Positions 1 through 9,558 are shown, numbered from the stretch's first letter. The stretch: DNA of 64,000 nt from Bacteriovoracaceae bacterium (GCA_965217035.1 OZ244226.1:558001-622000); one strand, 5' to 3'. Numbers and translations are program-made. The notes: generated by a model from the sequence alone, not told the origin.

Positions 1-462
1 TCTTCTATTCTCAAGACTAACGAATAATGAAAAATTGTACGCCAAAGTCAATCTCTGTATTTTAAAAGCAAGAGCAAAGTTTGTCGCAGCCTCATTCAAA
101 CCTGGATCATAGAAATGATGGAACATCATCATATTAAGGTAATGTTGTTTTTCAATATCTATAAAAACAAACATTAACCTTTTATCGTTAATCAACTTTA
201 TTAAATCATTTGAAATCTGAGCTATTCTGATAGCTCCAAGCTCATTTGCATGTATCTCTGAAACATTTAGAGTCTTATAAATATTCTTAAATTCTTTTAC
301 CCATTCACTATCAATATTTTCTGAGGTAATTGTGCATCCAAGCATGAAATGAGTTTGATTTGAGTCAAAATGGTTTAGCCCTGTATTCCCTGTTTCATCA
401 AGGTAGCATCTGAGCTTTTCTAGCTTTGGATGAAAAAAACGATTTTTACTTCTAGGATCCAT
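1..462 (-). CDS. DUF3800-like protein, 5' part (runs off left edge; missing from ORF track)
   Basis: Manual translation from ATG 462: MDPRSKNRFFHPKLEKLRCYLDETGNTGLNHFDSNQTHFMLGC... The YxDE(S/T)G N-terminal motif is typical of DUF3800. Start overlaps the stop of the upstream gene (452-454). Confidence 0.65.
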   Translation of the reverse strand, partial: MDPRSKNRFFHPKLEKLRCYLDETGNTGLNHFDSNQTHFMLGCTITSENIDSEWVKEFKNIYKTLNVSEIHANELGAIRIAQISNDLIKLINDKRLMFVFIDIEKQHYLNMMMFHHFYDPGLNEAATNFALAFKIQRLTLAYNFSLFVSLENRR

Positions 463-1597
463 TTTTTAATAGCCCTAATTTCTTTTGGTGTAAGTAAGAT
501 TCCACTAAAAAATCAGATATCGTTTTTGCTGAGTTCACTGATAACTTTGCATGATGTGAAGATGGTTTATATCTCGCTCCATGAGCATCACTCGCATTAT
601 TTCTTAATCCTGCTAATCCGTTCACAATACTTATCAAGCCTGTAAATATCTGTCTCATTGAGTTATTTACTTCTTTTTTTCCAGGATCAAGATTTAAGGT
701 TTTATATACTCTTTTATATAACTTAACTAAATCACCATCGTATTTCACCTCCATTCCTTCTAAATTTTGCTCTAGCTCTATTAAAATATTCTCTAATAAT
801 GATCTTGCATTCGTAATTGCTCCTGAGAAATCTTTATTTTCAATTTTTTCATCACACTTTTGCAAATGCTCTTCAATATAATGAATATTGATTTCATCCC
901 TCTTATCAAATAGATGTGATTTTACAGAAGTAATTCCTTTTTCGTTGAGTTGATAGCGGGAACCAATTTTTAACAATTGATACCCATCTAGGTCAAAGAA
1001 ATCTTTAAGATAATCAGCAGCCTCTTCCACCTCAAATTTAGTATCAATAAAAAAAAGAGGATTCAAAGATTCTGTCACAACCCTTTCAAATTCTTCTCTC
1101 ACAAATGCTTCCTTTAATTTCTCTTGAGCATAAAACCACCTAGAAGGAAAACCAACACCGTAACTTTCTTGATCAAGAAATTCATTAAAGAAACTAACAA
1201 GTTCACGCCCTGACCGATACGGAGACAATTCTTTATCTCCTGTAATAATATCAGCAACAGCTCTTATCGTTTTATCTGAAAATGCTATTTGCACTTTATT
1301 TTCAGGTGTAGGCACGAGAGCACACCAATTAATATTTTCAATATAACATGACAAGGATTGAGACAATTCTTGAATTGCATTTTCTATTTGATTAACTTCG
1401 TTCTTCGACTCTTTAATTCTTTCTAAGATTTTTCTTGGACACATTATCTGCAGAGAGAATATATCAGTGCTTCCTTCCCCTTGAAGAGCAAATCCTGTGT
1501 CATGATAAATAAGATTCAACTTACATGGCCGTAGAATTTTAACAGCATTATGCTCATCACCATCTTTTAACCAAGAAATTATTTGTTCTTTATCCAT
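452..1597 (-). CDS. Abortive-infection family protein (AbiJ-like: AbiJ N-terminal domain + Abi_C)
   Basis: YRSGRELVSFFNEF...FPSRWFY resembles AbiJ_NTD3. C-terminal GAITNARSLLE...LRNNASDAHG...AKLSVNSA resembles Abi_C (HEPN-like RN..xxH). Confidence 0.75.
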   Translation of the reverse strand: MDKEQIISWLKDGDEHNAVKILRPCKLNLIYHDTGFALQGEGSTDIFSLQIMCPRKILERIKESKNEVNQIENAIQELSQSLSCYIENINWCALVPTPENKVQIAFSDKTIRAVADIITGDKELSPYRSGRELVSFFNEFLDQESYGVGFPSRWFYAQEKLKEAFVREEFERVVTESLNPLFFIDTKFEVEEAADYLKDFFDLDGYQLLKIGSRYQLNEKGITSVKSHLFDKRDEINIHYIEEHLQKCDEKIENKDFSGAITNARSLLENILIELEQNLEGMEVKYDGDLVKLYKRVYKTLNLDPGKKEVNNSMRQIFTGLISIVNGLAGLRNNASDAHGARYKPSSHHAKLSVNSAKTISDFLVESYLHQKKLGLLKNGS

Positions 1598-2062
1598 CTC
1601 AAACTCAAAAGTAAAAATCTCTTATCTAACTTTTAGAAAAAGTTAGATTTTAAAAACTATCGGACTAAATTATTTATCCCATAAACAATCGCCCATCACG
1701 AATAAGACATTTAAAATTTGAATAGATTTGTAAGATTAGAACAGCTTGTACTTCCTGCCTTGTTTAAGGAGGATGTTTAACGGTCAACTTTTAATATTAA
1801 GATCATATCCAGTTTTTTCAGTTCAAAAGCGAGTAAGAAACCTTTCAGATCAAGAAACTCTAACCCTAAAATCTTTGAATCTTAAGCCAGCTTTTAAATG
1901 TAAGGAATCGTGGAAAATCGAATTTTAGAAATAAAAATCAGCTTATTTCTACATAAAACGACATTTAGCCTGCTATAATTGCTGCTATCAAAGCAGAATT
2001 TTGTTTACTTCGTGTTGGAACTGGTTTATTTTCTTTAATAATTTCGGAGACTTAAAAGTTGC

Positions 2063-2139
<77 letters not shown>

Positions 2140-2314
2140 TTTCCTTAATAAATTCATAAAGTTAAAAGTCTATCGAAAATTATTTTTGATAGAAAAAGCT
2201 GTGTATCCACGAATGTATCTAAATTGCTTCCGAAAAAAGCTCTTTTTGTGAGCGTTTTTTAATGAAGTTTATTTTCAACTTTAAATAAACGAAAGAAGAA
2301 CAATTTTTTTAGCC

Positions 2315-2348
2315 AAATTAAGATCGACCGCTACCCTATCAGGGTAGT
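2315..2348. repeat. 34-bp imperfect direct repeat, copy 1 (partner 8766-8799), with internal dyad
   Basis: AAATTAAGATCGACCGCTACCCTATCAGGGTAGT; 27/34 identical to copy 2. Confidence 0.75.
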
Positions 2349-2374
2349 CCTCAGTTGGTGTTTGTTCTTCAAAT

Positions 2375-2851
2375 TCAACTAATTTTAAGACCTATCCAAC
2401 GATTAACCTTACTTTTATAATGCTGGTATTCTTCTCCGAAAATCTCCCCAAGTTCCTTCTCTTCAGGGATTATTTGAAATCTATTCATATAAAGAAAAAA
2501 GAAAACACTGAAAAGAATTACCTCATTAGCTTTGTATAATCCAAAACTAACTATGATAAGCAGAAATCCTAAGTACATAGGATTTCTTGAAATCTTATAA
2601 CCCCCATCAGTCACCAAGCTATTAGCTAGTGAAAAATCAATAGGGTTTACAGATGTTTCATTTTTTCTAAATAAATAAACAGAATGAATAATTATAAAGA
2701 TTCCAAGAGCACAAATACCAATGGAAATGATATCCATGAAAAAAGATTTAAAATTCACTATTTGTAATGATTTTGGATATATGTACATTGTAAACAAAAC
2801 AATGAACGTCAAAAGCAGTGGAGGAACTTTCTTTTCTAAGAAACGCATCAA
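2375..2851 (-). CDS. Isoprenylcysteine carboxyl methyltransferase / PEMT family membrane protein
   Basis: LVTDGGYKISRNPMYLG and PEEKELGEIFGEEYQHYKSKVNRW motifs; hydrophobic helices. Confidence 0.85.
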   Translation of the reverse strand: MMRFLEKKVPPLLLTFIVLFTMYIYPKSLQIVNFKSFFMDIISIGICALGIFIIIHSVYLFRKNETSVNPIDFSLANSLVTDGGYKISRNPMYLGFLLIIVSFGLYKANEVILFSVFFFLYMNRFQIIPEEKELGEIFGEEYQHYKSKVNRWIGLKIS

Positions 2852-3313
2852 TTACTTTCTCTCCACCTGAATTTTTGCTGAATACTTAGCCTCTTCGTAC
2901 TTACCTTCAATATTCAGAATAAGTCTTCGGGCCCTTTCTCCAGTCATATCAACAACCAATTTCTTTTCCTCGATCTTAGGTTCCTTATCAAGCATTTTAT
3001 CTTTTCTCGCATCTTTAATAGTCAATTTGTAATCCTTAAGATTATTAAAATCGTGTGTCACAAAAAATTTATCAGCAATAGGGTCTAACTCTAGGATATA
3101 GAGAGTTAACTTATTGTTTTTCAATATTCCCTCGAAAAAAATCTGTTTTTTTTGCGCTTTCTTGTGATCGTGTTTACCTGAACCAGAGTGATGATGTTCT
3201 GCTTCTCCCAAGCTTCCACCGTGAGGAGCAGGTGGAATCCGCCCTGGAGCGCTATGATCCCCATGCCCAAAACTATTAATCGAAATTAACAAAACTAGTA
3301 ATAAAATTTTCAT
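2852..3313 (-). CDS. Exported His-rich protein, putative metal chaperone
   Basis: Signal peptide, then HGDH...PHGG...EHHHSGSGKHDH; start overlaps the RND stop. Confidence 0.6.
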   Translation of the reverse strand: MKILLLVLLISINSFGHGDHSAPGRIPPAPHGGSLGEAEHHHSGSGKHDHKKAQKKQIFFEGILKNNKLTLYILELDPIADKFFVTHDFNNLKDYKLTIKDARKDKMLDKEPKIEEKKLVVDMTGERARRLILNIEGKYEEAKYSAKIQVERK

Positions 3314-6300
3314 AATATAATCTCCTTTTTATTCTTTTGAAATTTTACATATTCTTCAGCTGAATTTCTTCCATATTTAAAAAACACTGCTGGAGTGATC
3401 CACATATCGAGAATTGTGGAGCTAAAAAGCCCTCCCACGATTACAACTGCTACAGGATAAAGGATCTCCTTACCGGGAGCTCCTTTTGAAAGTAGTAAGG
3501 GGACTAATCCAAGAATCGCCGAAACGGCCGTCATTAAAACAGGAACGAGTCTTTCAAGCGTTCCTCTTGTGATCATTTCCTTCGAGAAGGGCTCACCCTC
3601 TTCAACCATCAAATGCAAGTAATGAGAAATCATAAGGATTCCATTTCGAGAGGCAATCCCGCAAAGAGCAATAAAAGCAACAATTGAAGCGATTGAGATC
3701 GTATTATCACTAAAAGCAACAGCAACAATACTTCCAATCACTGCAAGAGGGATACTCAGCATGATTTGCAACGTAATGAAGCTTGAGCGAAAGTGAGTAT
3801 AAAGAAGCAAAAAAATCGCAAGAATTGATACCATGCCTGCAATAATCATAATCTTCGATGAGCGCTTCTGGCTCTTGTACTGTCCATCAAACTTGAGATG
3901 ATAACCCTCCGGGAACTTTACATTCTTTTCAATCTTACTCTTAATTTCATCCACAACTTTATCAAATCCCTTATTAAAAACATTGGCCTGAACAATCATT
4001 CTACGTTGCATGTTTTCTCTATTAATCATATTTGGACCAGTTGCCTCATAAACATCGGCAATCTTCGATAAAGTCACTTGCTCTCCTGAAGGCATTGTTT
4101 TCACAACAATATTTTGAATTTTTTCAACACTTTCTCGAGAGTTTTCATTAAGCCTTGCAAACACATTTATGATCCTTTGGTCTTTAATAACTTGAGCAAC
4201 AACCTCACCTTGTAAGGCCACATTTAATTGATCCGCGACTTTCCCAATATTGATATTGTACTTTTGAGCATCCTCTCTAATAAGGTAAGACTTAATCTGA
4301 GGGATCTCAACTTGGCTTTCAATTTGAGTATCAACAAGCCCTTCAATATCTTTAATCGCATCGAAGATGGCCGATGATAAAATCTTGAGCTGATCGCGAT
4401 CTGGTCCAAAAACCTTCAAAGCTATCTGAGCGTTAACGCCTGAGAGCATGTGATCTAGGCGATGTGAAATGGGTTGTCCAATATTAACAGCTCCGTTGGG
4501 AATCGCTTCCTTTAATTTCAGTCTGATTTCATTCAAAACTTCTTCTCTTTTTGAACTTCCAGTTTCATCAAAATCAACATCAATTTCACTCACGTTAACA
4601 CCCTCTGCATGTTCGTCAAACTCAGCACGTCCAGTTCTTCGACTAACGTGCTTTACTCCTTCCGTTTCCATGATGATTTTCTCTGCTTTAAGTCCAAATT
4701 TATTTGAATAATCGAGAGAAACTCCGGGAGCAAGAATAACGGAAACCATTGCGGTTCCCTCATTAAATTTCGGGAGAAACTCTTTATCCATATCCTTAAG
4801 AAGAAATAGAGATCCCACAAAAAGAATTATTACAGGTAAAATTATCGAAAACGGTTTTTCGATGACCTTCCTGACAATTTTTTTATCCCAGTTTTTTAAC
4901 CATTGGACAAATTTAACATCATTTTCTTGAGATTTTCTTAGTAACGAAGGAAGGAGATAGAAGCACAAAACGGGTGTTATCGTCAAAGAAACAAGCATTG
5001 AGGCTCCAAGTGAAATCATGAACGCCAGACCTAGAGGAATAAAAAACCTTCCTCCAAGCCCATCCATAAAAAACAATGGAACAAACGAAAGAACAACAAT
5101 GAGAGTCGCAAAAACAATAGAGTTTCGAACTTCCTTACTTGCTTTAAAAACGACTTTTAAAACCGATCCAAGGTCTTGGTCTCGTCCCCTTTCTTTCAAC
5201 CGACGATAAACATTCTCAACATCAACAATCGCATCATCTACCAAAAGTCCTATTGCAATCGCAAGACCTCCTAATGTCATGGTGTTGATTTCAAGATCAA
5301 AATAATAAAAGACAATTGCCGTGATCGCAAAAGACAAGGGAATTGCCGTTAGTGTTATAAAGGTTGTTCTGAAATTTAAAAGAAAAATAAAAAGAATAAT
5401 TGCCACTAAGATAGCTCCATCTCTTAAAGCTTCTTTTACATTATCAACAGCACGGTCGATAAAAGTTGATTGTTTAAAGAGATTGGTCTTAATCTCAACA
5501 CCTTTAGGTAAAGTTTTTCTAATTTCCTCCACCGCAGTTTCAACCTGTTTTGTTAATTCAATGGTAGAAGTCCCCGGTTGCTTTTTAACGGCAAGAATAA
5601 CTCCTTGATCCCCATTAATGCTCGCGTCCCCTCTCATGACCTGAGGTCCGATTTTAACCTCTGCGATATCAGAGACTTTCACCGCTTCACCTTGAAAAAT
5701 CCCAATGACCGATTCTTCTATATCTCCAAGGTTTTCCACTCGACCTAAGTTTCTTACCAGGAACTCTCTTCGATCACTATTTACGAAACCTCCCGTCGTA
5801 TTCTCACTAAGGTGCCTAAGATTCGCATCAACTTCATCGATTGAAAGATTTTTTGAACGGATTTTTTCTGAGTCCAAAAGGATTTGGTATTGCTTAACTC
5901 CTCCTCCGATCGGGACAACTTGAGCAATTCCACTAATTGAAAGTAACCTGGGTCGAATCGTCCAATCGGCAACTGAGCGCAAATCGATTCCTTGAATCTC
6001 TGTGTTAGTTGATGTCACTCCAATCAACATGATCTCTCCCATAATCGAAGTGATCGGGCCCATCACGGGGCTTACATTCATTGGAAGTTGGTCTTTAAGG
6101 AGTGAAAGCTTTTCAGAAACCAGTTGGCGGTTTCTATAAATATCTGTTCCCCACTCAAACTCTAACCAAACAATAGAAAGTCCTACTCCTGAACTTGAAC
6201 GAATTCGCTTCACTCCGGGAGTTCCGTTAACAGCAACCTCTATCGGAAAAGTGACTAACGTTTCCACCTCTTCAGGTGCAAGTCCATGAGCCTCAGTCAT

Positions 6301-6447
6301 GATCGTCACAGTCGGCCGGTTTAAATCAGGGAAAACATCCACTGGAAGTTTTAGGGTGGTATACACGCCTGCTCCAAGCACGAGTAGCCCCAGTAACAAA
6401 ATCGTAAAACGATTTTCAAGTGAGTACTTTATAATTTTATCAAACAT
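3310..6447 (-). CDS. CusA/CzcA-family heavy-metal RND efflux permease
   Basis: 1045 aa; LPVDVFPDL, APEEVETLVTFPIE, GLLVDDAIVDVEN, ERLVPVLMTA motifs. Confidence 0.95.
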   Translation of the reverse strand: MFDKIIKYSLENRFTILLLGLLVLGAGVYTTLKLPVDVFPDLNRPTVTIMTEAHGLAPEEVETLVTFPIEVAVNGTPGVKRIRSSSGVGLSIVWLEFEWGTDIYRNRQLVSEKLSLLKDQLPMNVSPVMGPITSIMGEIMLIGVTSTNTEIQGIDLRSVADWTIRPRLLSISGIAQVVPIGGGVKQYQILLDSEKIRSKNLSIDEVDANLRHLSENTTGGFVNSDRREFLVRNLGRVENLGDIEESVIGIFQGEAVKVSDIAEVKIGPQVMRGDASINGDQGVILAVKKQPGTSTIELTKQVETAVEEIRKTLPKGVEIKTNLFKQSTFIDRAVDNVKEALRDGAILVAIILFIFLLNFRTTFITLTAIPLSFAITAIVFYYFDLEINTMTLGGLAIAIGLLVDDAIVDVENVYRRLKERGRDQDLGSVLKVVFKASKEVRNSIVFATLIVVLSFVPLFFMDGLGGRFFIPLGLAFMISLGASMLVSLTITPVLCFYLLPSLLRKSQENDVKFVQWLKNWDKKIVRKVIEKPFSIILPVIILFVGSLFLLKDMDKEFLPKFNEGTAMVSVILAPGVSLDYSNKFGLKAEKIIMETEGVKHVSRRTGRAEFDEHAEGVNVSEIDVDFDETGSSKREEVLNEIRLKLKEAIPNGAVNIGQPISHRLDHMLSGVNAQIALKVFGPDRDQLKILSSAIFDAIKDIEGLVDTQIESQVEIPQIKSYLIREDAQKYNINIGKVADQLNVALQGEVVAQVIKDQRIINVFARLNENSRESVEKIQNIVVKTMPSGEQVTLSKIADVYEATGPNMINRENMQRRMIVQANVFNKGFDKVVDEIKSKIEKNVKFPEGYHLKFDGQYKSQKRSSKIMIIAGMVSILAIFLLLYTHFRSSFITLQIMLSIPLAVIGSIVAVAFSDNTISIASIVAFIALCGIASRNGILMISHYLHLMVEEGEPFSKEMITRGTLERLVPVLMTAVSAILGLVPLLLSKGAPGKEILYPVAVVIVGGLFSSTILDMWITPAVFFKYGRNSAEEYVKFQKNKKEIIL

Positions 6448-6455
6448 AAATATTC

Positions 6456-7721
6456 CTAATGTTTAATCAGTTCAAAATTCAAGTTTGAACCAATAAGTCT
6501 TTCAAGCTCAATTTTAGAACTTAGAAACTTTAGCTTCATCTCATATATTTCAGAAGATAAATTTCTAAATAGATCACTGGCCGTGACAAGATCTCCCGAT
6601 CTTTTCACTCCCTTTTGATACTCATTTAATGTCCTCGAATAAAGTTTACTCGCGACTTTCTGATTAACCTCAGTTGAGTCGATTCTTTTTTGTAAAATAC
6701 GAATCTGATCTATGAGACTTTCTACCTGTAAACTCAGATCCAACTTCTTTTGCCTTAATTGATACTCAACCGACATTTTTTGAGCAGACGCAGTCTTATG
6801 GAGACTCCTCGTTGCTCCTCCCGAAAATAGCTCCCAAGTCGCCATTAACGTGACCTGAGAAGCATCTAGGTTATTACTCACACCTGTTTCATTTTCATCA
6901 AGTCTTCCATAACTAGCTTGTAAGTCTACTCGTGGATACCACCCGGAATTACTGATTTTTTGAGAAAGCTCAAAGTCTTGAACTGTATAATTTAAGGATT
7001 GGATGTCAGCATTTCTATCAAGCTTATTTTGAATTAATTTTTGAGTATCCGTCTTAAGGTGAAGGTGCGGAAGATCTCCTTTTAAGCTATAGGAATTAAA
7101 ATCTTGTATCCCCGAAAACTTTAAAAGTCGTTTTTTAATTCTTAAAAGCTCTAACTCTATAAAGTCTCGTTCGCTCACTAACTGAGAACTTCTTAACTTG
7201 AACTCTAAAACATCCGTTTTCGTCACCAAGCTCGATTTAAGTCTTTTATTTACAAGCTTTAAGTGACGGCCATTTCTCTTAATAGCCTCTTGAGTAACTT
7301 CTAGTTTTTTCTCTAGAAATAAATAGGTATAATATAGCCCTTCAATTTCAAGCTCTAGGTCAAGTTTCTTATTCTTTAATAGTCCTTCTTCACTCAATTT
7401 TAAGAGCTTTGATCTCTTCAATTGATTCGAATCTTTGAATCCATTAAAGAGGTTTATTGTTCCGTAAACAGCTCGAAAATTATCCTCATCTGAGAAATTA
7501 TCAGCTTTGGTCCACTCTCGTCCTACTTGAATACCTAATCTGGGAAGAAACTTGGAGCGCTGGGTTCCAGATTGCCCTTCTATTGACTCAATATACATTT
7601 CAGCAGCATTCACGGAGCTACTTGCTTTTAATGCTAACTCTTTCAGTTGTTTTAAATCCAACTCTGCACTTGATAAGACAAAAGCCTTTAACAAGACAGA
7701 GATTATTATGAAAACTTTCAT
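6456..7721 (-). CDS. TolC-family outer-membrane efflux protein
   Basis: Signal peptide, two OEP-like repeats (FLPRL...NLFNGF; WYPRVDL...WELFSGG), directly upstream of the RND gene. Confidence 0.85.
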   Translation of the reverse strand: MKVFIIISVLLKAFVLSSAELDLKQLKELALKASSSVNAAEMYIESIEGQSGTQRSKFLPRLGIQVGREWTKADNFSDEDNFRAVYGTINLFNGFKDSNQLKRSKLLKLSEEGLLKNKKLDLELEIEGLYYTYLFLEKKLEVTQEAIKRNGRHLKLVNKRLKSSLVTKTDVLEFKLRSSQLVSERDFIELELLRIKKRLLKFSGIQDFNSYSLKGDLPHLHLKTDTQKLIQNKLDRNADIQSLNYTVQDFELSQKISNSGWYPRVDLQASYGRLDENETGVSNNLDASQVTLMATWELFSGGATRSLHKTASAQKMSVEYQLRQKKLDLSLQVESLIDQIRILQKRIDSTEVNQKVASKLYSRTLNEYQKGVKRSGDLVTASDLFRNLSSEIYEMKLKFLSSKIELERLIGSNLNFELIKH

Positions 7722-7770
7722 AATGATCCTTTAATCTTTAATTTACAGTTTTACTTATTTGAATTTAGAA

Positions 7771-8091
7771 CTAAGAGATGGGAGGGCGAGACACCTCGTT
7801 AATGAAATTTCGTGGCTTAAGAGTAATATGTTGTAACTTGTTTTTACTTTTTAAGGAGTTATCCCCTTCTTTCACTGAGGGAAACTGATTAAAGATGGCA
7901 ACATGAGTGTGCCCCATATGGCATTCATAATCACAATGTCTCTCTTCTTCATGATCAGAATCAGACTGTTCGAGAGATTTTTTATGACAATGATCAACTC
8001 CTGAAAATAACTCTGAGCCTAGTTGAATGAAGCCAGGAGTAAAATCGGCGAAAATCGACAAAATAAATATAAGAGGGACCAGTCTCTTCAT
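7771..8091 (-). CDS. Small His/Cys-rich exported protein (CzcI-like position)
   Basis: Hydrophobic N-terminus, HCH...HCDYECHMGHTH, C-terminal RPPI; first gene of the efflux operon. Confidence 0.6.
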   Translation of the reverse strand: MKRLVPLIFILSIFADFTPGFIQLGSELFSGVDHCHKKSLEQSDSDHEEERHCDYECHMGHTHVAIFNQFPSVKEGDNSLKSKNKLQHITLKPRNFINEVSRPPIS

Positions 8092-8135
8092 AGGATATAC
8101 TCTATATCAAACCTGAGTTCATTGAAAGCAAAAAG

Positions 8136-8450
8136 CTAAGCAGCTTCTACCTTAATTTTAAGCTTCAGCTTGGCATCCTTAATCTGCTCTTCGATTAATT
8201 TAGTGACGAATAAAGCTTCTGAATGGCCTAGTGCCTTCGCCATTTTAGCCGCTAGCTTGAGACTGGGAGTTCTTCTCCCCTTCTCAAAATCACAGATTTT
8301 GGCCTTGGTTGTACCAGACTTCTCTGCTAAATCAACCTGGCTCATGTCTTCAGTTGTTCTCACTGAGTGAAGTAAATCTTTGAACTTAAGAGCTCCTTTT
8401 CTGATCTTCTCAAGCTCTTTAACGGCAGTACTTTTCTTTCTAATAGTCAT
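8136..8450 (-). CDS. HigA-like XRE HTH antitoxin
   Basis: MSQVDLAEKSGTTKAKICDFEKGRRTPS helix-turn-helix; overlaps the toxin stop. Confidence 0.8.
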   Translation of the reverse strand: MTIRKKSTAVKELEKIRKGALKFKDLLHSVRTTEDMSQVDLAEKSGTTKAKICDFEKGRRTPSLKLAAKMAKALGHSEALFVTKLIEEQIKDAKLKLKIKVEAA

Positions 8451-8721
8451 GTTTGTTTACCTCCTCAACAAGAACAAACTCCACTTTATCCTTCTTGATT
8501 GTATAAATAGCTCTATAAGAGCGACTTAATCTAATTGAACGCTGCCCTTTTCTTTTTCCTTTAAGGGGCTCATCGTGAAAGCCAGAGAGCTTTCTTACTT
8601 CTCTCAAACCCTCTAATTCGATCGCCTCAATCCAAGACTGTAGCTTATCAAGAATAGGTCTAGGGACCTTCTTTAAATCTTTAAGAGCGCTCTTGGAAAG
8701 CACAACATCATAGATATCCAC
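8440..8721 (-). CDS. RelE/HigB-family mRNA interferase toxin (probable GTG start at 8721)
   Basis: FHDEPLKGKRKGQRSIRLSRSYRAIY...EEVNKHDY; toxin-first gene order. Confidence 0.85.
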   Translation of the reverse strand: MDIYDVVLSKSALKDLKKVPRPILDKLQSWIEAIELEGLREVRKLSGFHDEPLKGKRKGQRSIRLSRSYRAIYTIKKDKVEFVLVEEVNKHDY

Positions 8722-8725
8722 AAGA

Positions 8726-8756
8726 ACAAGGTACCCCAGAATGGGTACCTTGTCAA
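8726..8756 (-). promoter_or_regulatory. TA promoter with overlapping palindromic operator
   Basis: TTGACA-N17-TACCTT on the minus strand; perfect 11-bp inverted repeat ACAAGGTACCC-N6-GGGTACCTTGT (8726-8753). Confidence 0.8.
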
Positions 8757-8765
8757 GGTATGAAG

Positions 8766-8799
8766 AAATTAAGATCAACCACTACCCTGCTTGGATAGT
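8766..8799. repeat. 34-bp imperfect direct repeat, copy 2
   Basis: AAATTAAGATCAACCACTACCCTGCTTGGATAGT. Confidence 0.75.
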
Positions 8800-8983
8800 A
8801 ATTAAAAAAGTGTATCCCGAAATGTATCCTTTTTGCTCTTGTTTTGAAGGATACTTGAACGTATTTTCAGTAGGTTGTGAAATTTTTAATTTTTTGCTTA
8901 AAACTTCAATCACTCTCTAAAAGTTTTTTGATATCAGGCACTTAGTAAGTTTTTCTATAACTTTGAAAAACGAATTAACAAGT

Positions 8984-9034
8984 TTGACATGGTAGAGGTC
9001 AGAGATTCGACTTCTCTAGGGCCCACCATTTCCT
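8984..9034 (+). repeat. attR: duplicated 3' half of tRNA-Val
   Basis: TTGACATGGTAGAGGTCAGAGATTCGACTTCTCTAGGGCCCACCATTTCCT is identical to 2095-2145 and starts in the anticodon loop. Confidence 0.95.
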
Positions 9035-9180
9035 ATCAGTCCCCAAGTGACACCTCACAGCCATTCTAAAGTGCTAAAATTATAGATTTTTCTTTTAGTG
9101 GAGGAGAAAACTATTTCCAACTTTATTAATGGAACAGATTTGCAGAAGACAAAATTACTCATTTTTGAGATTTATTAAAC

Positions 9181-9558
9181 ATGAAAATCTACTTGGGTAT
9201 TAAGTTTCACGAGGATAATTCTAACAAGGAAATGGTTGATGGCATTTCTGAGCATCTTCACAGTCTTGGACATGAAACCTATTGTGTCACTCGAGACTTG
9301 GAAAACTGGGGACAAAAGTCATTTTCTGAAGCGGAGTTAATGCAACTAACTTTTAATGAGATTAAGAACTCTGATCTCGTTTTAATTGAATTCTCTGAGA
9401 AAGGTGTCGGACTAGGAATCGAAGCCGGGTATGCCTATAGCAGAGGAATCTCTGTCCATGTAATTGCTAAGCAAGGCTCTTATATTTCCAGTACATTGAA
9501 AGGAATCGCATCTCGAATATCTTTCTATGAAAGCTATTGCGAGTTGAATGTGAATTGA
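9181..9558 (+). CDS. Nucleoside 2-deoxyribosyltransferase-like protein
   Basis: MKIYLG...IKNSDLVL...GVGLGIEAGYA, with the conserved catalytic Glu context. Confidence 0.75.
   Translation: MKIYLGIKFHEDNSNKEMVDGISEHLHSLGHETYCVTRDLENWGQKSFSEAELMQLTFNEIKNSDLVLIEFSEKGVGLGIEAGYAYSRGISVHVIAKQGSYISSTLKGIASRISFYESYCELNVN

Noticed and set aside
1746..1928. 60-aa ORF upstream of the tRNA as an integrase/excisionase remnant
   Set aside because: TTG start and no recognisable motif.
4224..5972. Short ORFs inside the RND gene, and similar nested/antisense ORFs across the track (e.g. 7457, 14000, 23412, 40349, 52247-52713)
   Set aside because: Shadow frames of well-supported genes with no motifs or independent signals.
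8984..9034. Second tRNA-Val gene
   Set aside because: Only the 3' half from the anticodon loop is present; it is an att duplication.
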